Notes under the pieces: model-generated
What the model saw: only the letters and a program-made list of their open reading frames with translations
Told to the model about the DNA's origin: nothing
Database searches by the model: none
DNA from: the human T2T-CHM13v2.0 reference genome, Homo sapiens
Assembly: GCF_009914755.1 (NCBI RefSeq)
Contig: NC_060927.1
Length of the DNA: 64,000 nucleotides
Direction: 5' to 3' (one strand)
In this document: piece after piece, positions 1-13,785 of the stretch
Layout: each line of letters opens with the position of its first letter
How positions within the stretch are numbered: position 1 is the stretch's first letter
Program-made: the position numbers and the translations under genes

Positions 1-182
1 ATGAAGATATTTCGTTGTCAACCGTAGGCTTCAAAGCACTCAAAGTATTCACTTGGAACTTTTACAAAAAGAGTGTTAGAAAACTGCTCTTTCCAAAGTA
101 AGGTTCAACTCTGTGAGTTGAATGCACACATAACAATCAAGAAGTTTCTGAGAATTCTTCTGTCCTGGTTTATATGAAAAAA

Positions 183-199
183 TCCCGTTTCCAACGAAG
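183..199 (-). promoter_or_regulatory. CENP-B box (canonical CTTCGTTGGAAACGGGA); representative copy
   Basis: The + strand reads tcccgtttccaacgaag, matching nTTCGnnnnAnnCGGGn on the - strand. Equivalent intact boxes lie at 524-540, 1204-1220, 1542-1558 and 2222-2238, and at the same positions in the other HOR units. Confidence 0.95.
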
Positions 200-864
200 G
201 CCTCAAAGACGTTTAAATATCCACTTGCAGACTTCACAAACAGAGGGTTTCCAAACTGCTCTATGAAAAGAAAGGTTAAACTCTGTGAGTTTAATACACA
301 CATCACAAAGCAGTTTCTGAGAATGATACTGTCTAGTTTTTATACGAAGATATTTCCTTTTGTACCATTGGCCTCATACTGCTAGAATTTTCCACTTGCA
401 AATTCCACAAAAAGAGTGTTTCCAATCCGCTCTGTCTAAAGGAAGGTTCAACTCTCTGATTTGAATACATACATCCCAAAAGAAGTTACTGAGAATTCTT
501 CTGTCTAGCATTATGTGAAGAAATCCCGTTTCCAACGAAAGCCTCAAAGAGGTCCAAATATCCAGTTGCAGAATTTACAAACTGACTGTTTCCAAACTCA
601 TCTATGAAAAGAAAGGTTAAACTCTGTGAGTTGAATGCACATATCACAAAGTAGTTCCTGAGAATGATTCTGTCTAGTTTTTATACGAAGATATTTCCTT
701 TTCCACCAATGGCCTCAAAGTGCTTGAAATCTCCCCTTGCAAATTCCACAGACAAGTGTTTCAAATCTGCACTGTCTAAAGGAAGGTTCAACCCTGTGAG
801 TTGAATACACACACACAGAAAAAAATTCACTGAGAATTCTATTGTCTATCATTACACGAAGAAA

Positions 865-881
865 TCCCGTTTACTACGAAG
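865..881 (-). promoter_or_regulatory. CENP-B box variant (CTTCGTAGTAAACGGGA), 9 core bases intact
   Basis: tcccgtttactacgaag. Changes fall only at non-essential positions. Present in every unit. Confidence 0.85.
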
Positions 882-1880
882 GCCTCAAAGAGGTCCAAAT
901 ATCCAGCTGCAGACATTACAAACTGAGTGTTTCCAAAGTGCTCTATGAAAAGAAGTGTTAAACACTGTGAGTTCAATGCACACATCCCAAAGCAGTTTCT
1001 GAGAATGATGCCGTCTATTTTTTCTACGAAGATATTTCCTTTTCTGCCGTTGGCCTCAAAGCGCTTGAAATCTCCACTTGCAAATTCCACAAAAAGAGAG
1101 TTTCAAATCTGCTCTGTCTAAAGGAAGGTTCAACTCTGTGAGTTGAATACACACCACAAAAAGAAGTTACTGAGAATTCTTCTGTCTAGCATTATATGAA
1201 AAATCCCGTTTCCAACGAAGGCCACAAAGAGGTCCAAATATCCACTTGCAGATTCTGCAAAAAGAGTGTTTCCAAACTGCTCTATGGAAAGAAACGTTAA
1301 ACTCTGTGAGTTGAACGCAAACATCACAAAGTAGTTTCTGAGAATGACTCCGTCTAGTTTTTATACGAAGATATTTCCTTTCCTACCATTCACTTCAAAG
1401 CGCTTGAAGTCTCCCCCTGAAAATTCCACAAAAAGTGTTTCCAATCTGCTCCGCCTAAAGGAAGCTTCAACTCTGTGACTTGAATACCCACAACCCAAAG
1501 AAGTTACTGAGAATTCTTCTGTCTAGCATTATATGAAGAAATCCCGTTTCCAACGAAGGCCTCAAATACATCCAAATATCCAGTTGCTGACTTTACAAAC
1601 TGAGTGTTTCCAAACTGCTCTATGAAAAGAAAGGTTAAACACTGTGAGTTGAACACACACGTACCAAAGTAGTTTCTGAGAATGATTCTGTCTAGTTTGC
1701 ATACGAAGATATTTCCTTTTCTACCATTGGCCTCAAAGCTCTGAAATCTCCACTTGCAAATTCCACAAAAAGAGAGTTTCAACTCTGCTGTTTCTAAAGG
1801 AAAGTTCAACTCTGAGAGTTGAATACACACCAGAAAAAGCAGTTACTGAGAAGTCTTCTGTCTAGCATTATATGAAGAAA

Positions 1881-1897
1881 TCCCATTTCCAACGAAG
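1881..1897 (-). promoter_or_regulatory. Degenerate CENP-B box (CGGG>TGGG), predicted non-binding
   Basis: tcccatttccaacgaag. CpG transition in the essential CGGG core, fixed in all units. Confidence 0.85.
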
Positions 1898-2553
1898 ACT
1901 TCAAAGAGGTCCAAATATCCACTTGCAGATTCTGCAAAAAGAGTGTTTCGAAACAACTGTATGAAAAGAAAGGTTAAACACTGTGAGTTGAACGCACACA
2001 TTGCAAAGCAGTTTCTGAGAATGATTCCGTCTAATTATTATACGAAGGTATTTCCTTTTCTATCATTGGCCTCAAAGCGCTTGATACCTCCACCTGAAAA
2101 TTCCACAAAAAGAGTGTTTCCAATCTACTCTGTCTAAAGGAACGTTCAACTCTGTGAGTTGAATACACACACACAGAAAGAATTCACTGAGAATTCTTCT
2201 GTCTGGCATTACATGAAGAAATCCCGTTTCCAACGAAGGCCTCAAAGAGGTCCAAATATCCACTTGCAGATTCTGCAAAAAGAGTGTTTCAAAACCGCTC
2301 CATTAAAAGGAATGTTGAACTCTGTGAGTTGAATGGAAACATCACAACTCAGTTGCTGAGAATGCTTCTGACTAGATTTTATGGTAAGATATTTCCTTTT
2401 CTACCGTAGGCTTCAATGCCCTCTAAATACACCCTTGCAAATTCTACAAAGAGACTGTTTCATAACTGCTCTATAGGAAGAAAGGTTCAACTCTGTGAGT
2501 TGAATGCAGAGATCACAACGTGGTTTCTGCGAATGATTCTTTGTAGTTTTTAC

Positions 2554-5447
2554 AGGAAGATATTTCGTTGTCAACCGTAGGCTTCAAAGCACTCAAAGTA
2601 TTCACTTGGAACTTTTACAAAAAGAGTGTTAGAAAACTGCTCTTTCCAAAGTAAGGTTCAACTCTGTGAGTTGAATGCACACATAACAATCAAGAAGTTT
2701 CTGAGAATTCTTCTGTCCTGGTTTATATGAAAAAATCCCGTTTCCAACGAAGGCCTCAAAGACGTTTAAATATCCACTTGCAGACTTCACAAACAGAGTG
2801 TTTCCAAACTGCTCTATGAAAAGAAAGGTTAAACTCTGTGAGTTGAACGCACACATCACAAAGTAGCTTCTGAGAATGATACTGTCTAGTTTTTATACGA
2901 AGATATTTCCTTTCTACCATTGGTGTCAAAGCGCTAGAATTCTCCACTTGCAAATTCCACAAAAAGAGTGTTTCCAATCTGCTCTGTCTAAAGGAAGGTT
3001 CAACTCTGTGAGTTGAATACACACACACAAAGAAGCTACTGAGAATTCTTTTGTCAAGAATTATAAGAAGAAATCCCGTTTCCAACGAAGGCCTCAAAGA
3101 GTTCCAAATATCCACTTGCACACTGCACAAACTAAGTCTTTCCAAACTGCTCTATGCAAAGAAATGTTCAACTCTGTGAGTTTAATACACACATCACAAA
3201 GCAGTTTCTGAGAATGATACTGTCTAGTTTTTATACGAAGATATTTCCTTTTGTACCATTGGCCTCATACTGCTAGAATTTTCCACTTGCAAATTACACA
3301 AAAAGAGTGTTTCCAATCCGCTCTGTCTAAAGGAAGGTTCAACTCTCTGATTTGAATACATACATCCCAAAAGAATTTACTGAGAATTCTTCTGTCTAGC
3401 ATTATGTGAAGAAATCCCGTTTCCAACGAAAGCCTCAAAGAGGTCCAAATATCCAGTTGCAGAATTTACAAACTGACTGTTTCCAAACTCATCTATGAAA
3501 AGAAAGGTTAAACTCTGTGAGTTGAATGCACATATCACAAAGTAGTTCCTGAGAATGATTCTGTCTAGTTTTTATACGAAGATATTTCCTTTTCCACCAA
3601 TGGCCTCAAAGTGCTTGAAATCTCTCTCCCTTGCAAATTCCACAGACAAGTGTTTCAAATCTGCACTGTCTAAAGGAAGGTTCAACCCTGTGAGTTGAAT
3701 ACACACACACAGAAAAAAATTCACTGAGAATTCTATTGTCTATCATTACACGAAGAAATCCCGTTTACTACGAAGGCCTCAAAGAGGTCCAAATATCCAG
3801 CTGCAGACATTACAAACTGAGTGTTTCCAAAGTGCTCTATGAAAAGAAGTGTTAAACACTGTGAGTTCAATGCACACATCCCAAAGCAGTTTCTGAGAAT
3901 GATTCCGTCTATTTTTTCTACGAAGATATTTCCTTTTCTACCGTTGGCCTCAAAGCGCTTGAAATCTCCACTTGCAAATTCCACAAAAAGAGAGTTTCAA
4001 ATCTGCTCTGTCTAAAGGAAGGTTCAACTCTGTGAGTTGAATACACACCACAAAAAGAAGTTACTGAGAATTCTTCTGTCTAGCATTATATGAAAAATCC
4101 CGTTTCCAACGAAGGCCACAAAGAGGTCCAAATATCCACTTGCAGATTCTGCAAAAAGAGTGTTTCCAAACTGCTCTATGAAAAGAAACGTTAAACTCTG
4201 TGAGTTGAACGCAAACATCACAAAGTAGTTTCTGAGAATGACTCCGTCTAGTTTTTATACGAAGATATTTCCTTTCCTACCATTCACTTCAAAGCGCTTG
4301 AAGTCTCCCCCTGAAAATTCCACAAAAAGTGTTTCCAATCTGCTCCGCCTAAAGGAAGCTTCAACTCTGTGACTTGAATACCCACAACCCAAAGAAGTTA
4401 CTGAGAATTCTTCTGTCTAGCATTATATGAAGAAATCCCGTTTCCAACGAAGGCCTCAAATACATCCAAATATCCAGTTGCTGACTTTACAAACTGAGTG
4501 TTTCCAAACTGCTCTATGAAAAGAAAGGTTAAACACTGTGAGTTGAACACACACGTACCAAAGTAGTTTCTGAGAATGATTCTGTCTAGTTTGCATACGA
4601 AGATATTTCCTTTTCTACCATTGGCCTCAAAGCTCTGAAATCTCCACTTGCAAATTCCACAAAAAGAGAGTTTCAACTCTGCTGTTTCTAAAGGAAAGTT
4701 CAACTCTGAGAGTTGAATACACACCAGAAAAAGCAGTTACTGAGAAGTCTTCTGTCTAGCATTATATGAAGAAATCCCATTTCCAACGAAGACTTCAAAG
4801 AGGTCCAAATATCCACTTGCAGATTCTGCAAAAAGAGTGTTTCGAAACAACTGTATGAAAAGAAAGGTTAAACACTGTGAGTTGAACGCACACATTGCAA
4901 AGCAGTTTCTGAGAATGATTCCGTCTAATTATTATACGAAGGTATTTCCTTTTCTATCATTGGCCTCAAAGCGCTTGATACCTCCACCTGAAAATTCCAC
5001 AAAAAGAGTGTTTCCAATCTACTCTGTCTAAAGGAACGTTCAACTCTGTGAGTTGAATACACACACACAGAAAGAATTCACTGAGAATTCTTCTGTCTGG
5101 CATTACATGAAGAAATCCCGTTTCCAACGAAGGCCTCAAAGAGGTCCAAATATCCACTTGCAGATTCTGCAAAAAGAGTGTTTCAAAACCGCTCCATTAA
5201 AAGGAATGTTGAACTCTGTGAGTTGAATGCAAACATCACAACTCAGTTTCTGAGAATGCTTCTGACTAGATTTTATGGTAAGATATTTCCTTTTCTACCG
5301 TAGGCTTCAATGCCCTCTAAATACACCCTTGCAAATTCTACAAAGAGACTGTTTCATAACTGCTCTATAGGAAGAAAGGTTCAACACTGTGAGTTGAATG
5401 CAGAGATCACAACGTGGTTTCTGCGAATGATTCTTTGTAGTTTTTAC
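2554..5447 (-). repeat. 17-mer HOR, +3 bp variant (2894 bp)
   Basis: Anchor spacing 2894. tctctctccc replaces tctcccc at 3621-3630. Confidence 0.92.
3074..3090 (-). promoter_or_regulatory. CENP-B box present only in 17-mers (lies inside the 338-bp segment deleted in 15-mers)
   Basis: tcccgtttccaacgaag within the segment absent from the 2553-bp units. Confidence 0.9.
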
Positions 5448-8000
5448 ATGAAGATATTTCGTTGTCAACCGTAGGCTTCAAAGCACTCAAAGTATTCACT
5501 TGGAACTTTTACAAAAAGAGTGTTAGAAAACTGCTCTTTCCAAAGTAAGGTTCAACTCTGTGAGTTGAATGCACACATAACAATCAAGAAGTTTCTGAGA
5601 ATTCTTCTGTCCTGGTTTATATGAAAAAATCCCGTTTCCAACGAAGGCCTCAAAGACGTTTAAATATCCACTTGCAGACTTCACAAACAGAGGGTTTCCA
5701 AACTGCTCTATGAAAAGAAAGGTTAAACTCTGTGAGTTTAATACACACATCACAAAGCAGTTTCTGAGAATGATACTGTCTAGTTTTTATACGAAGATAT
5801 TTCCTTTTGTACCATTGGCCTCATACTGCTAGAATTTTCCACTTGCAAATTCCACAAAAAGAGTGTTTCCAATCCGCTCTGTCTAAAGGAAGGTTCAACT
5901 CTCTGATTTGAATACATACATCCCAAAAGAAGTTACTGAGAATTCTTCTGTCTAGCATTATGTGAAGAAATCCCGTTTCCAACGAAAGCCTCAAAGAGGT
6001 CCAAATATCCAGTTGCAGAATTTACAAACTGACTGTTTCCAAACTCATCTATGAAAAGAAAGGTTAAACTCTGTGAGTTGAATGCACATATCACAAAGTA
6101 GTTCCTGAGAATGATTCTGTCTAGTTTTTATACGAAGATATTTCCTTTTCCACCAATGGCCTCAAAGTGCTTGAAATCTCCCCTTGCAAATTCCACAGAC
6201 AAGTGTTTCAAATCTGCACTGTCTAAAGGAAGGTTCAACCCTGTGAGTTGAATACACACACACAGAAAAAAATTCACTGAGAATTCTATTGTCTATCATT
6301 ACACGAAGAAATCCCGTTTACTACGAAGGCCTCAAAGAGGTCCAAATATCCAGCTGCAGACATTACAAACTGAGTGTTTCCAAAGTGCTCTATGAAAAGA
6401 AGTGTTAAACACTGTGAGTTCAATGCACACATCCCAAAGCAGTTTCTGAGAATGATTCCGTCTATTTTTTCTACGAAGATATTTCCTTTTCTGCCGTTGG
6501 CCTCAAAGCGCTTGAAATCTCCACTTGCAAATTCCACAAAAAGAGAGTTTCAAATCTGCTCTGTCTAAAGGAAGGTTCAACTCTGTGAGTTGAATACACA
6601 CCACAAAAAGAAGTTACTGAGAATTCTTCTGTCTAGCATTATATGAAAAATCCCGTTTCCAACGAAGGCCACAAAGAGGTCCAAATATCCACTTGCAGAT
6701 TCTGCAAAAAGAGTGTTTCCAAACTGCTCTATGAAAAGAAACGTTAAACTCTGTGAGTTGAACGCAAACATCACAAAGTAGTTTCTGAGAATGACTCCGT
6801 CTAGTTTTTATACGAAGATATTTCCTTTCCTACCATTCACTTCAAAGCGCTTGAAGTCTCCCCCTGAAAATTCCACAAAAAGTGTTTCCAATCTGCTCCG
6901 CCTAAAGGAAGCTTCAACTCTGTGACTTGAATACCCACAACCCAAAGAAGTTACTGAGAATTCTTCTGTCTAGCATTATATGAAGAAATCCCGTTTCCAA
7001 CGAAGGCCTCAAATACATCCAAATATCCAGTTGCTGACTTTACAAACTGAGTGTTTCCAAACTGCTCTATGAAAAGAAAGGTTAAACACTGTGAGTTGAA
7101 CACACACGTACCAAAGTAGTTTCTGAGAATGATTCTGTCTAGTTTGCATACGAAGATATTTCCTTTTCTACCATTGGCCTCAAAGCTCTGAAATCTCCAC
7201 TTGCAAATTCCACAAAAAGAGAGTTTCAACTCTGCTGTTTCTAAAGGAAAGTTCAACTCTGAGAGTTGAATACACACCAGAAAAAGCAGTTACTGAGAAG
7301 TCTTCTGTCTAGCATTATATGAAGAAATCCCATTTCCAACGAAGACTTCAAAGAGGTCCAAATATCCACTTGCAGATTCTGCAAAAAGAGTGTTTCGAAA
7401 CAACTGTATGAAAAGAAAGGTTAAACACTGTGAGTTGAACGCACACATTGCAAAGCAGTTTCTGAGAATGATTCCGTCTAATTATTATACGAAGGTATTT
7501 CCTTTTCTATCATTGGCCTCAAAGCGCTTGATACCTCCACCTGAAAATTCCACAAAAAGAGTGTTTCCAATCTACTCTGTCTAAAGGAACGTTCAACTCT
7601 GTGAGTTGAATACACACACACAGAAAGAATTCACTGAGAATTCTTCTGTCTGGCATTACATGAAGAAATCCCGTTTCCAACGAAGGCCTCAAAGAGGTCC
7701 AAATATCCACTTGCAGATTCTGCAAAAAGAGTGTTTCAAAACCGCTCCATTAAAAGGAATGTTGAACTCTGTGAGTTGAATGGAAACATCACAACTCAGT
7801 TGCTGAGAATGCTTCTGACTAGATTTTATGGTAAGATATTTCCTTTTCTACCGTAGGCTTCAATGCCCTCTAAATACACCCTTGCAAATTCTACAAAGAG
7901 ACTGTTTCATAACTGCTCTATAGGAAGAAAGGTTCAACTCTGTGAGTTGAATGCAGAGATCACAACGTGGTTTCTGCGAATGATTCTTTGTAGTTTTTAC
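5448..8000 (-). repeat. 15-mer HOR variant (2553 bp)
   Basis: Anchor spacing 2553. Same fusion junction and cagagggttt marker as unit 1. Confidence 0.92.
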
Positions 8001-10891
8001 AGGAAGATATTTCGTTGTCAACCGTAGGCTTCAAAGCACTCAAAGTATTCACTTGGAACTTTTACAAAAAGAGTGTTAGAAAACTGCTCTTTCCAAAGTA
8101 AGGTTCAACTCTGTGAGTTGAATGCACACATAACAATCAAGAAGTTTCTGAGAATTCTTCTGTCCTGGTTTATATGAAAAAATCCCGTTTCCAACGAAGG
8201 CCTCAAAGACGTTTAAATATCCACTTGCAGACTTCACAAACAGAGTGTTTCCAAACTGCTCTATGAAAATAAAGGTTAAACTCTGTGAGTTGAACGCACA
8301 CATCACAAAGTAGCTTCTGAGAATGATACTGTCTAGTTTTTATACGAAGATATTTCCTTTCTACCATTGGTGTCAAAGCGCTAGAATTCTCCACTTGCAA
8401 ATTCCACAAAAAGAGTGTTTCCAATCTGCTCTGTCTAAAGGAAGGTTCAACTCTGTGAGTTGAATACACACACACAAAGAAGCTACTGAGAATTCTTTTG
8501 TCAAGAATTATAAGAAGAAATCCCGTTTCCAACGAAGGCCTCAAAGAGTTCCAAATATCCACTTGCACACTGCACAAACTAAGTCTTTCCAAACTGCTCT
8601 ATGCAAAGAAATGTTCAACTCTGTGAGTTTAATACACACATCACAAAGCAGTTTCTGAGAATGATACTGTCTAGTTTTTATACGAAGATATTTCCTTTTG
8701 TACCATTGGCCTCATACTGCTAGAATTTTCCACTTGCAAATTCCACAAAAAGAGTGTTTCCAATCCGCTCTGTCTAAAGGAAGGTTCAACTCTCTGATTT
8801 GAATACATACATCCCAAAAGAAGTTACTGAGAATTCTTCTGTCTAGCATTATGTGAAGAAATCCCGTTTCCAACGAAAGCCTCAAAGAGGTCCAAATATC
8901 CAGTTGCAGAATTTACAAACTGACTGTTTCCAAACTCATCTATGAAAAGAAAGGTTAAACTCTGTGAGTTGAATGCACATATCACAAAGTAGTTCCTGAG
9001 AATGATTCTGTCTAGTTTTTATACGAAGATATTTCCTTTTCCACCAATGGCCTCAAAGTGCTTGAAATCTCCCCTTGCAAATTCCACAGACAAGTGTTTC
9101 AAATCTGCACTGTCTAAAGGAAGGTTCAACCCTGTGAGTTGAATACACACACACAGAAAAAAATTCACTGAGAATTCTATTGTCTATCATTACACGAAGA
9201 AATCCCGTTTACTACGAAGGCCTCAAAGAGGTCCAAATATCCAGCTGCAGACATTACAAACTGAGTGTTTCCAAAGTGCTCTATGAAAAGAAGTGTTAAA
9301 CACTGTGAGTTCAATGCACACATCCCAAAGCAGTTTCTGAGAATGATGCCGTCTATTTTTTCTACGAAGATATTTCCTTTTCTGCCGTTGGCCTCAAAGC
9401 GCTTGAAATCTCCACTTGCAAATTCCACAAAAAGAGAGTTTCAAATCTGCTCTGTCTAAAGGAAGGTTCAACTCTGTGAGTTGAATACACACCACAAAAA
9501 GAAGTTACTGAGAATTCTTCTGTCTAGCATTATATGAAAAATCCCGTTTCCAACGAAGGCCACAAAGAGGTCCAAATATCCACTTGCAGATTCTGCAAAA
9601 AGAGTGTTTCCAAACTGCTCTATGGAAAGAAACGTTAAACTCTGTGAGTTGAACGCAAACATCACAAAGTAGTTTCTGAGAATGACTCCGTCTAGTTTTT
9701 ATACGAAGATATTTCCTTTCCTACCATTCACTTCAAAGCGCTTGAAGTCTCCCCCTGAAAATTCCACAAAAAGTGTTTCCAATCTGCTCCACCTAAAGGA
9801 AGCTTCAACTCTGTGACTTGAATACCCACAACCCAAAGAAGTTACTGAGAATTCTTCTGTCTAGCATTATATGAAGAAATCCCGTTTCCAACGAAGGCCT
9901 CAAATACATCCAAATATCCAGTTGCTGACTTTACAAACTGAGTGTTTCCAAACTGCTCTATGAAAAGAAAGGTTAAACACTGTGAGTTGAACACACACGT
10001 ACCAAAGTAGTTTCTGAGAATGATTCTGTCTAGTTTGCATACGAAGATATTTCCTTTTCTACCATTGGCCTCAAAGCTCTGAAATCTCCACTTGCAAATT
10101 CCACAAAAAGAGAGTTTCAACTCTGCTGTTTCTAAAGGAAAGTTCAACTCTGAGAGTTGAATACACACCAGAAAAAGCAGTTACTGAGAAGTCTTCTGTC
10201 TAGCATTATATGAAGAAATCCCATTTCCAACGAAGACTTCAAAGAGGTCCAAATATCCACTTGCAGATTCTGCAAAAAGAGTGTTTCGAAACAACTGTAT
10301 GAAAAGAAAGGTTAAACACTGTGAGTTGAACGCACACATTGCAAAGCAGTTTCTGAGAATGATTCCGTCTAATTATTATACGAAGGTATTTCCTTTTCTA
10401 TCATTGGCCTCAAAGCGCTTGATACCTCCACCTGAAAATTCCACAAAAAGAGTGTTTCCAATCTACTCTGTCTAAAGGAACGTTCAACTCTGTGAGTTGA
10501 ATACACACACACAGAAAGAATTCACTGAGAATTCTTCTGTCTGGCATTACATGAAGAAATCCCGTTTCCAACGAAGGCCTCAAAGAGGTCCAAATATCCA
10601 CTTGCAGATTCTGCAAAAAGAGTGTTTCAAAACCGCTCCATTAAAAGGAATGTTGAACTCTGTGAGTTGAATGGAAACATCACAACTCAGTTGCTGAGAA
10701 TGCTTCTGACTAGATTTTATGGTAAGATATTTCCTTTTCTACCGTAGGCTTCAATGCCCTCTAAATACACCCTTGCAAATTCTACAAAGAGACTGTTTCA
10801 TAACTGCTCTATAGGAAGAAAGGTTCAACTCTGTGAGTTGAATGCAGAGATCACAACGTGGTTTCTGCGAATGATTCTTTGTAGTTTTTAC
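8001..10891 (-). repeat. Canonical 17-mer HOR (2891 bp)
   Basis: Anchor spacing 2891. Confidence 0.92.
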
Positions 10892-13785
10892 AGGAAGATA
10901 TTTCGTTGTCAACCGTAGGCTTCAAAGCACTCAAAGTATTCACTTGGAACTTTTACAAAAAGAGTGTTAGAAAACTGCTCTTTCCAAAGTAAGGTTCAAC
11001 TCTGTGAGTTGAATGCACACATAACAATCAAGAAGTTTCTGAGAATTCTTCTGTCCTGGTTTATATGAAAAAATCCCGTTTCCAACGAAGGCCTCAAAGA
11101 CGTTTAAATATCCACTTGCAGACTTCACAAACAGAGTGTTTCCAAACTGCTCTATGAAAAGAAAGGTTAAACTCTGTGAGTTGAACGCACACATCACAAA
11201 GTAGCTTCTGAGAATGATACTGTCTAGTTTTTATACGAAGATATTTCCTTTCTACCATTGGTGTCAAAGCGCTAGAATTCTCCACTTGCAAATTCCACAA
11301 AAAGAGTGTTTCCAATCTGCTCTGTCTAAAGGAAGGTTCAACTCTGTGAGTTGAATACACACACACAAAGAAGCTACTGAGAATTCTTTTGTCAAGAATT
11401 ATAAGAAGAAATCCCGTTTCCAACGAAGGCCTCAAAGAGTTCCAAATATCCACTTGCACACTGCACAAACTAAGTCTTTCCAAACTGCTCTATGCAAAGA
11501 AATGTTCAACTCTGTGAGTTTAATACACACATCACAAAGCAGTTTCTGAGAATGATACTGTCTAGTTTTTATACGAAGATATTTCCTTTTGTACCATTGG
11601 CCTCATACTGCTAGAATTTTCCACTTGCAAATTCCACAAAAAGAGTGTTTCCAATCCGCTCTGTCTAAAGGAAGGTTCAACTCTCTGATTTGAATACATA
11701 CATCCCAAAAGAAGTTACTGAGAATTCTTCTGTCTAGCATTATGTGAAGAAATCCCGTTTCCAACGAAAGCCTCAAAGAGGTCCAAATATCCAGTTGCAG
11801 AATTTACAAACTGACTGTTTCCAAACTCATCTATGAAAAGAAAGGTTAAACTCTGTGAGTTGAATGCACATATCACAAAGTAGTTCCTGAGAATGATTCT
11901 GTCTAGTTTTTATACGAAGATATTTCCTTTTCCACCAATGGCCTCAAAGTGCTTGAAATCTCTCTCCCTTGCAAATTCCACAGACAAGTGTTTCAAATCT
12001 GCACTGTCTAAAGGAAGGTTCAACCCTGTGAGTTGAATACACACACACAGAAAAAAATTCACTGAGAATTCTATTGTCTATCATTACACGAAGAAATCCC
12101 GTTTACTACGAAGGCCTCAAAGAGGTCCAAATATCCAGCTGCAGACATTACAAACTGAGTGTTTCCAAAGTGCTCTATGAAAAGAAGTGTTAAACACTGT
12201 GAGTTCAATGCACACATCCCAAAGCAGTTTCTGAGAATGATTCCGTCTATTTTTTCTACGAAGATATTTCCTTTTCTACCGTTGGCCTCAAAGCGCTTGA
12301 AATCTCCACTTGCAAATTCCACAAAAAGAGAGTTTCAAATCTGCTCTGTCTAAAGGAAGGTTCAACTCTGTGAGTTGAATACACACCACAAAAAGAAGTT
12401 ACTGAGAATTCTTCTGTCTAGCATTATATGAAAAATCCCGTTTCCAACGAAGGCCACAAAGAGGTCCAAATATCCACTTGCAGATTCTGCAAAAAGAGTG
12501 TTTCCAAACTGCTCTATGAAAAGAAACGTTAAACTCTGTGAGTTGAACGCAAACATCACAAAGTAGTTTCTGAGAATGACTCCGTCTAGTTTTTATACGA
12601 AGATATTTCCTTTCCTACCATTCACTTCAAAGCGCTTGAAGTCTCCCCCTGAAAATTCCACAAAAAGTGTTTCCAATCTGCTCCGCCTAAAGGAAGCTTC
12701 AACTCTGTGACTTGAATACCCACAACCCAAAGAAGTTACTGAGAATTCTTCTGTCTAGCATTATATGAAGAAATCCCGTTTCCAACGAAGGCCTCAAATA
12801 CATCCAAATATCCAGTTGCTGACTTTACAAACTGAGTGTTTCCAAACTGCTCTATGAAAAGAAAGGTTAAACACTGTGAGTTGAACACACACGTACCAAA
12901 GTAGTTTCTGAGAATGATTCTGTCTAGTTTGCATACGAAGATATTTCCTTTTCTACCATTGGCCTCAAAGCTCTGAAATCTCCACTTGCAAATTCCACAA
13001 AAAGAGAGTTTCAACTCTGCTGTTTCTAAAGGAAAGTTCAACTCTGAGAGTTGAATACACACCAGAAAAAGCAGTTACTGAGAAGTCTTCTGTCTAGCAT
13101 TATATGAAGAAATCCCATTTCCAACGAAGACTTCAAAGAGGTCCAAATATCCACTTGCAGATTCTGCAAAAAGAGTGTTTCGAAACAACTGTATGAAAAG
13201 AAAGGTTAAACACTGTGAGTTGAACGCACACATTGCAAAGCAGTTTCTGAGAATGATTCCGTCTAATTATTATACGAAGGTATTTCCTTTTCTATCATTG
13301 GCCTCAAAGCGCTTGATACCTCCACCTGAAAATTCCACAAAAAGAGTGTTTCCAATCTACTCTGTCTAAAGGAACGTTCAACTCTGTGAGTTGAATACAC
13401 ACACACAGAAAGAATTCACTGAGAATTCTTCTGTCTGGCATTACATGAAGAAATCCCGTTTCCAACGAAGGCCTCAAAGAGGTCCAAATATCCACTTGCA
13501 GATTCTGCAAAAAGAGTGTTTCAAAACCGCTCCATTAAAAGGAATGTTGAACTCTGTGAGTTGAATGCAAACATCACAACTCAGTTTCTGAGAATGCTTC
13601 TGACTAGATTTTATGGTAAGATATTTCCTTTTCTACCGTAGGCTTCAATGCCCTCTAAATACACCCTTGCAAATTCTACAAAGAGACTGTTTCATAACTG
13701 CTCTATAGGAAGAAAGGTTCAACACTGTGAGTTGAATGCAGAGATCACAACGTGGTTTCTGCGAATGATTCTTTGTAGTTTTTAC
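10892..13785 (-). repeat. 17-mer HOR, +3 bp variant (2894 bp)
   Basis: Anchor spacing 2894. tctctctccc at ~11959-11968. Confidence 0.92.

Larger units (their letters stand above)
1..2553 (-). repeat. 15-mer HOR variant (2553 bp; two monomers, 338 bp, deleted); unit phase set arbitrarily at window start
   Basis: Next a(t/g)gaagatatttcgttgtcaacc anchor is at 2554. The 338-bp segment present in 17-mers is missing. Fusion point ggttaaactctgtgagtttaatac at ~279-291. Confidence 0.92.
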
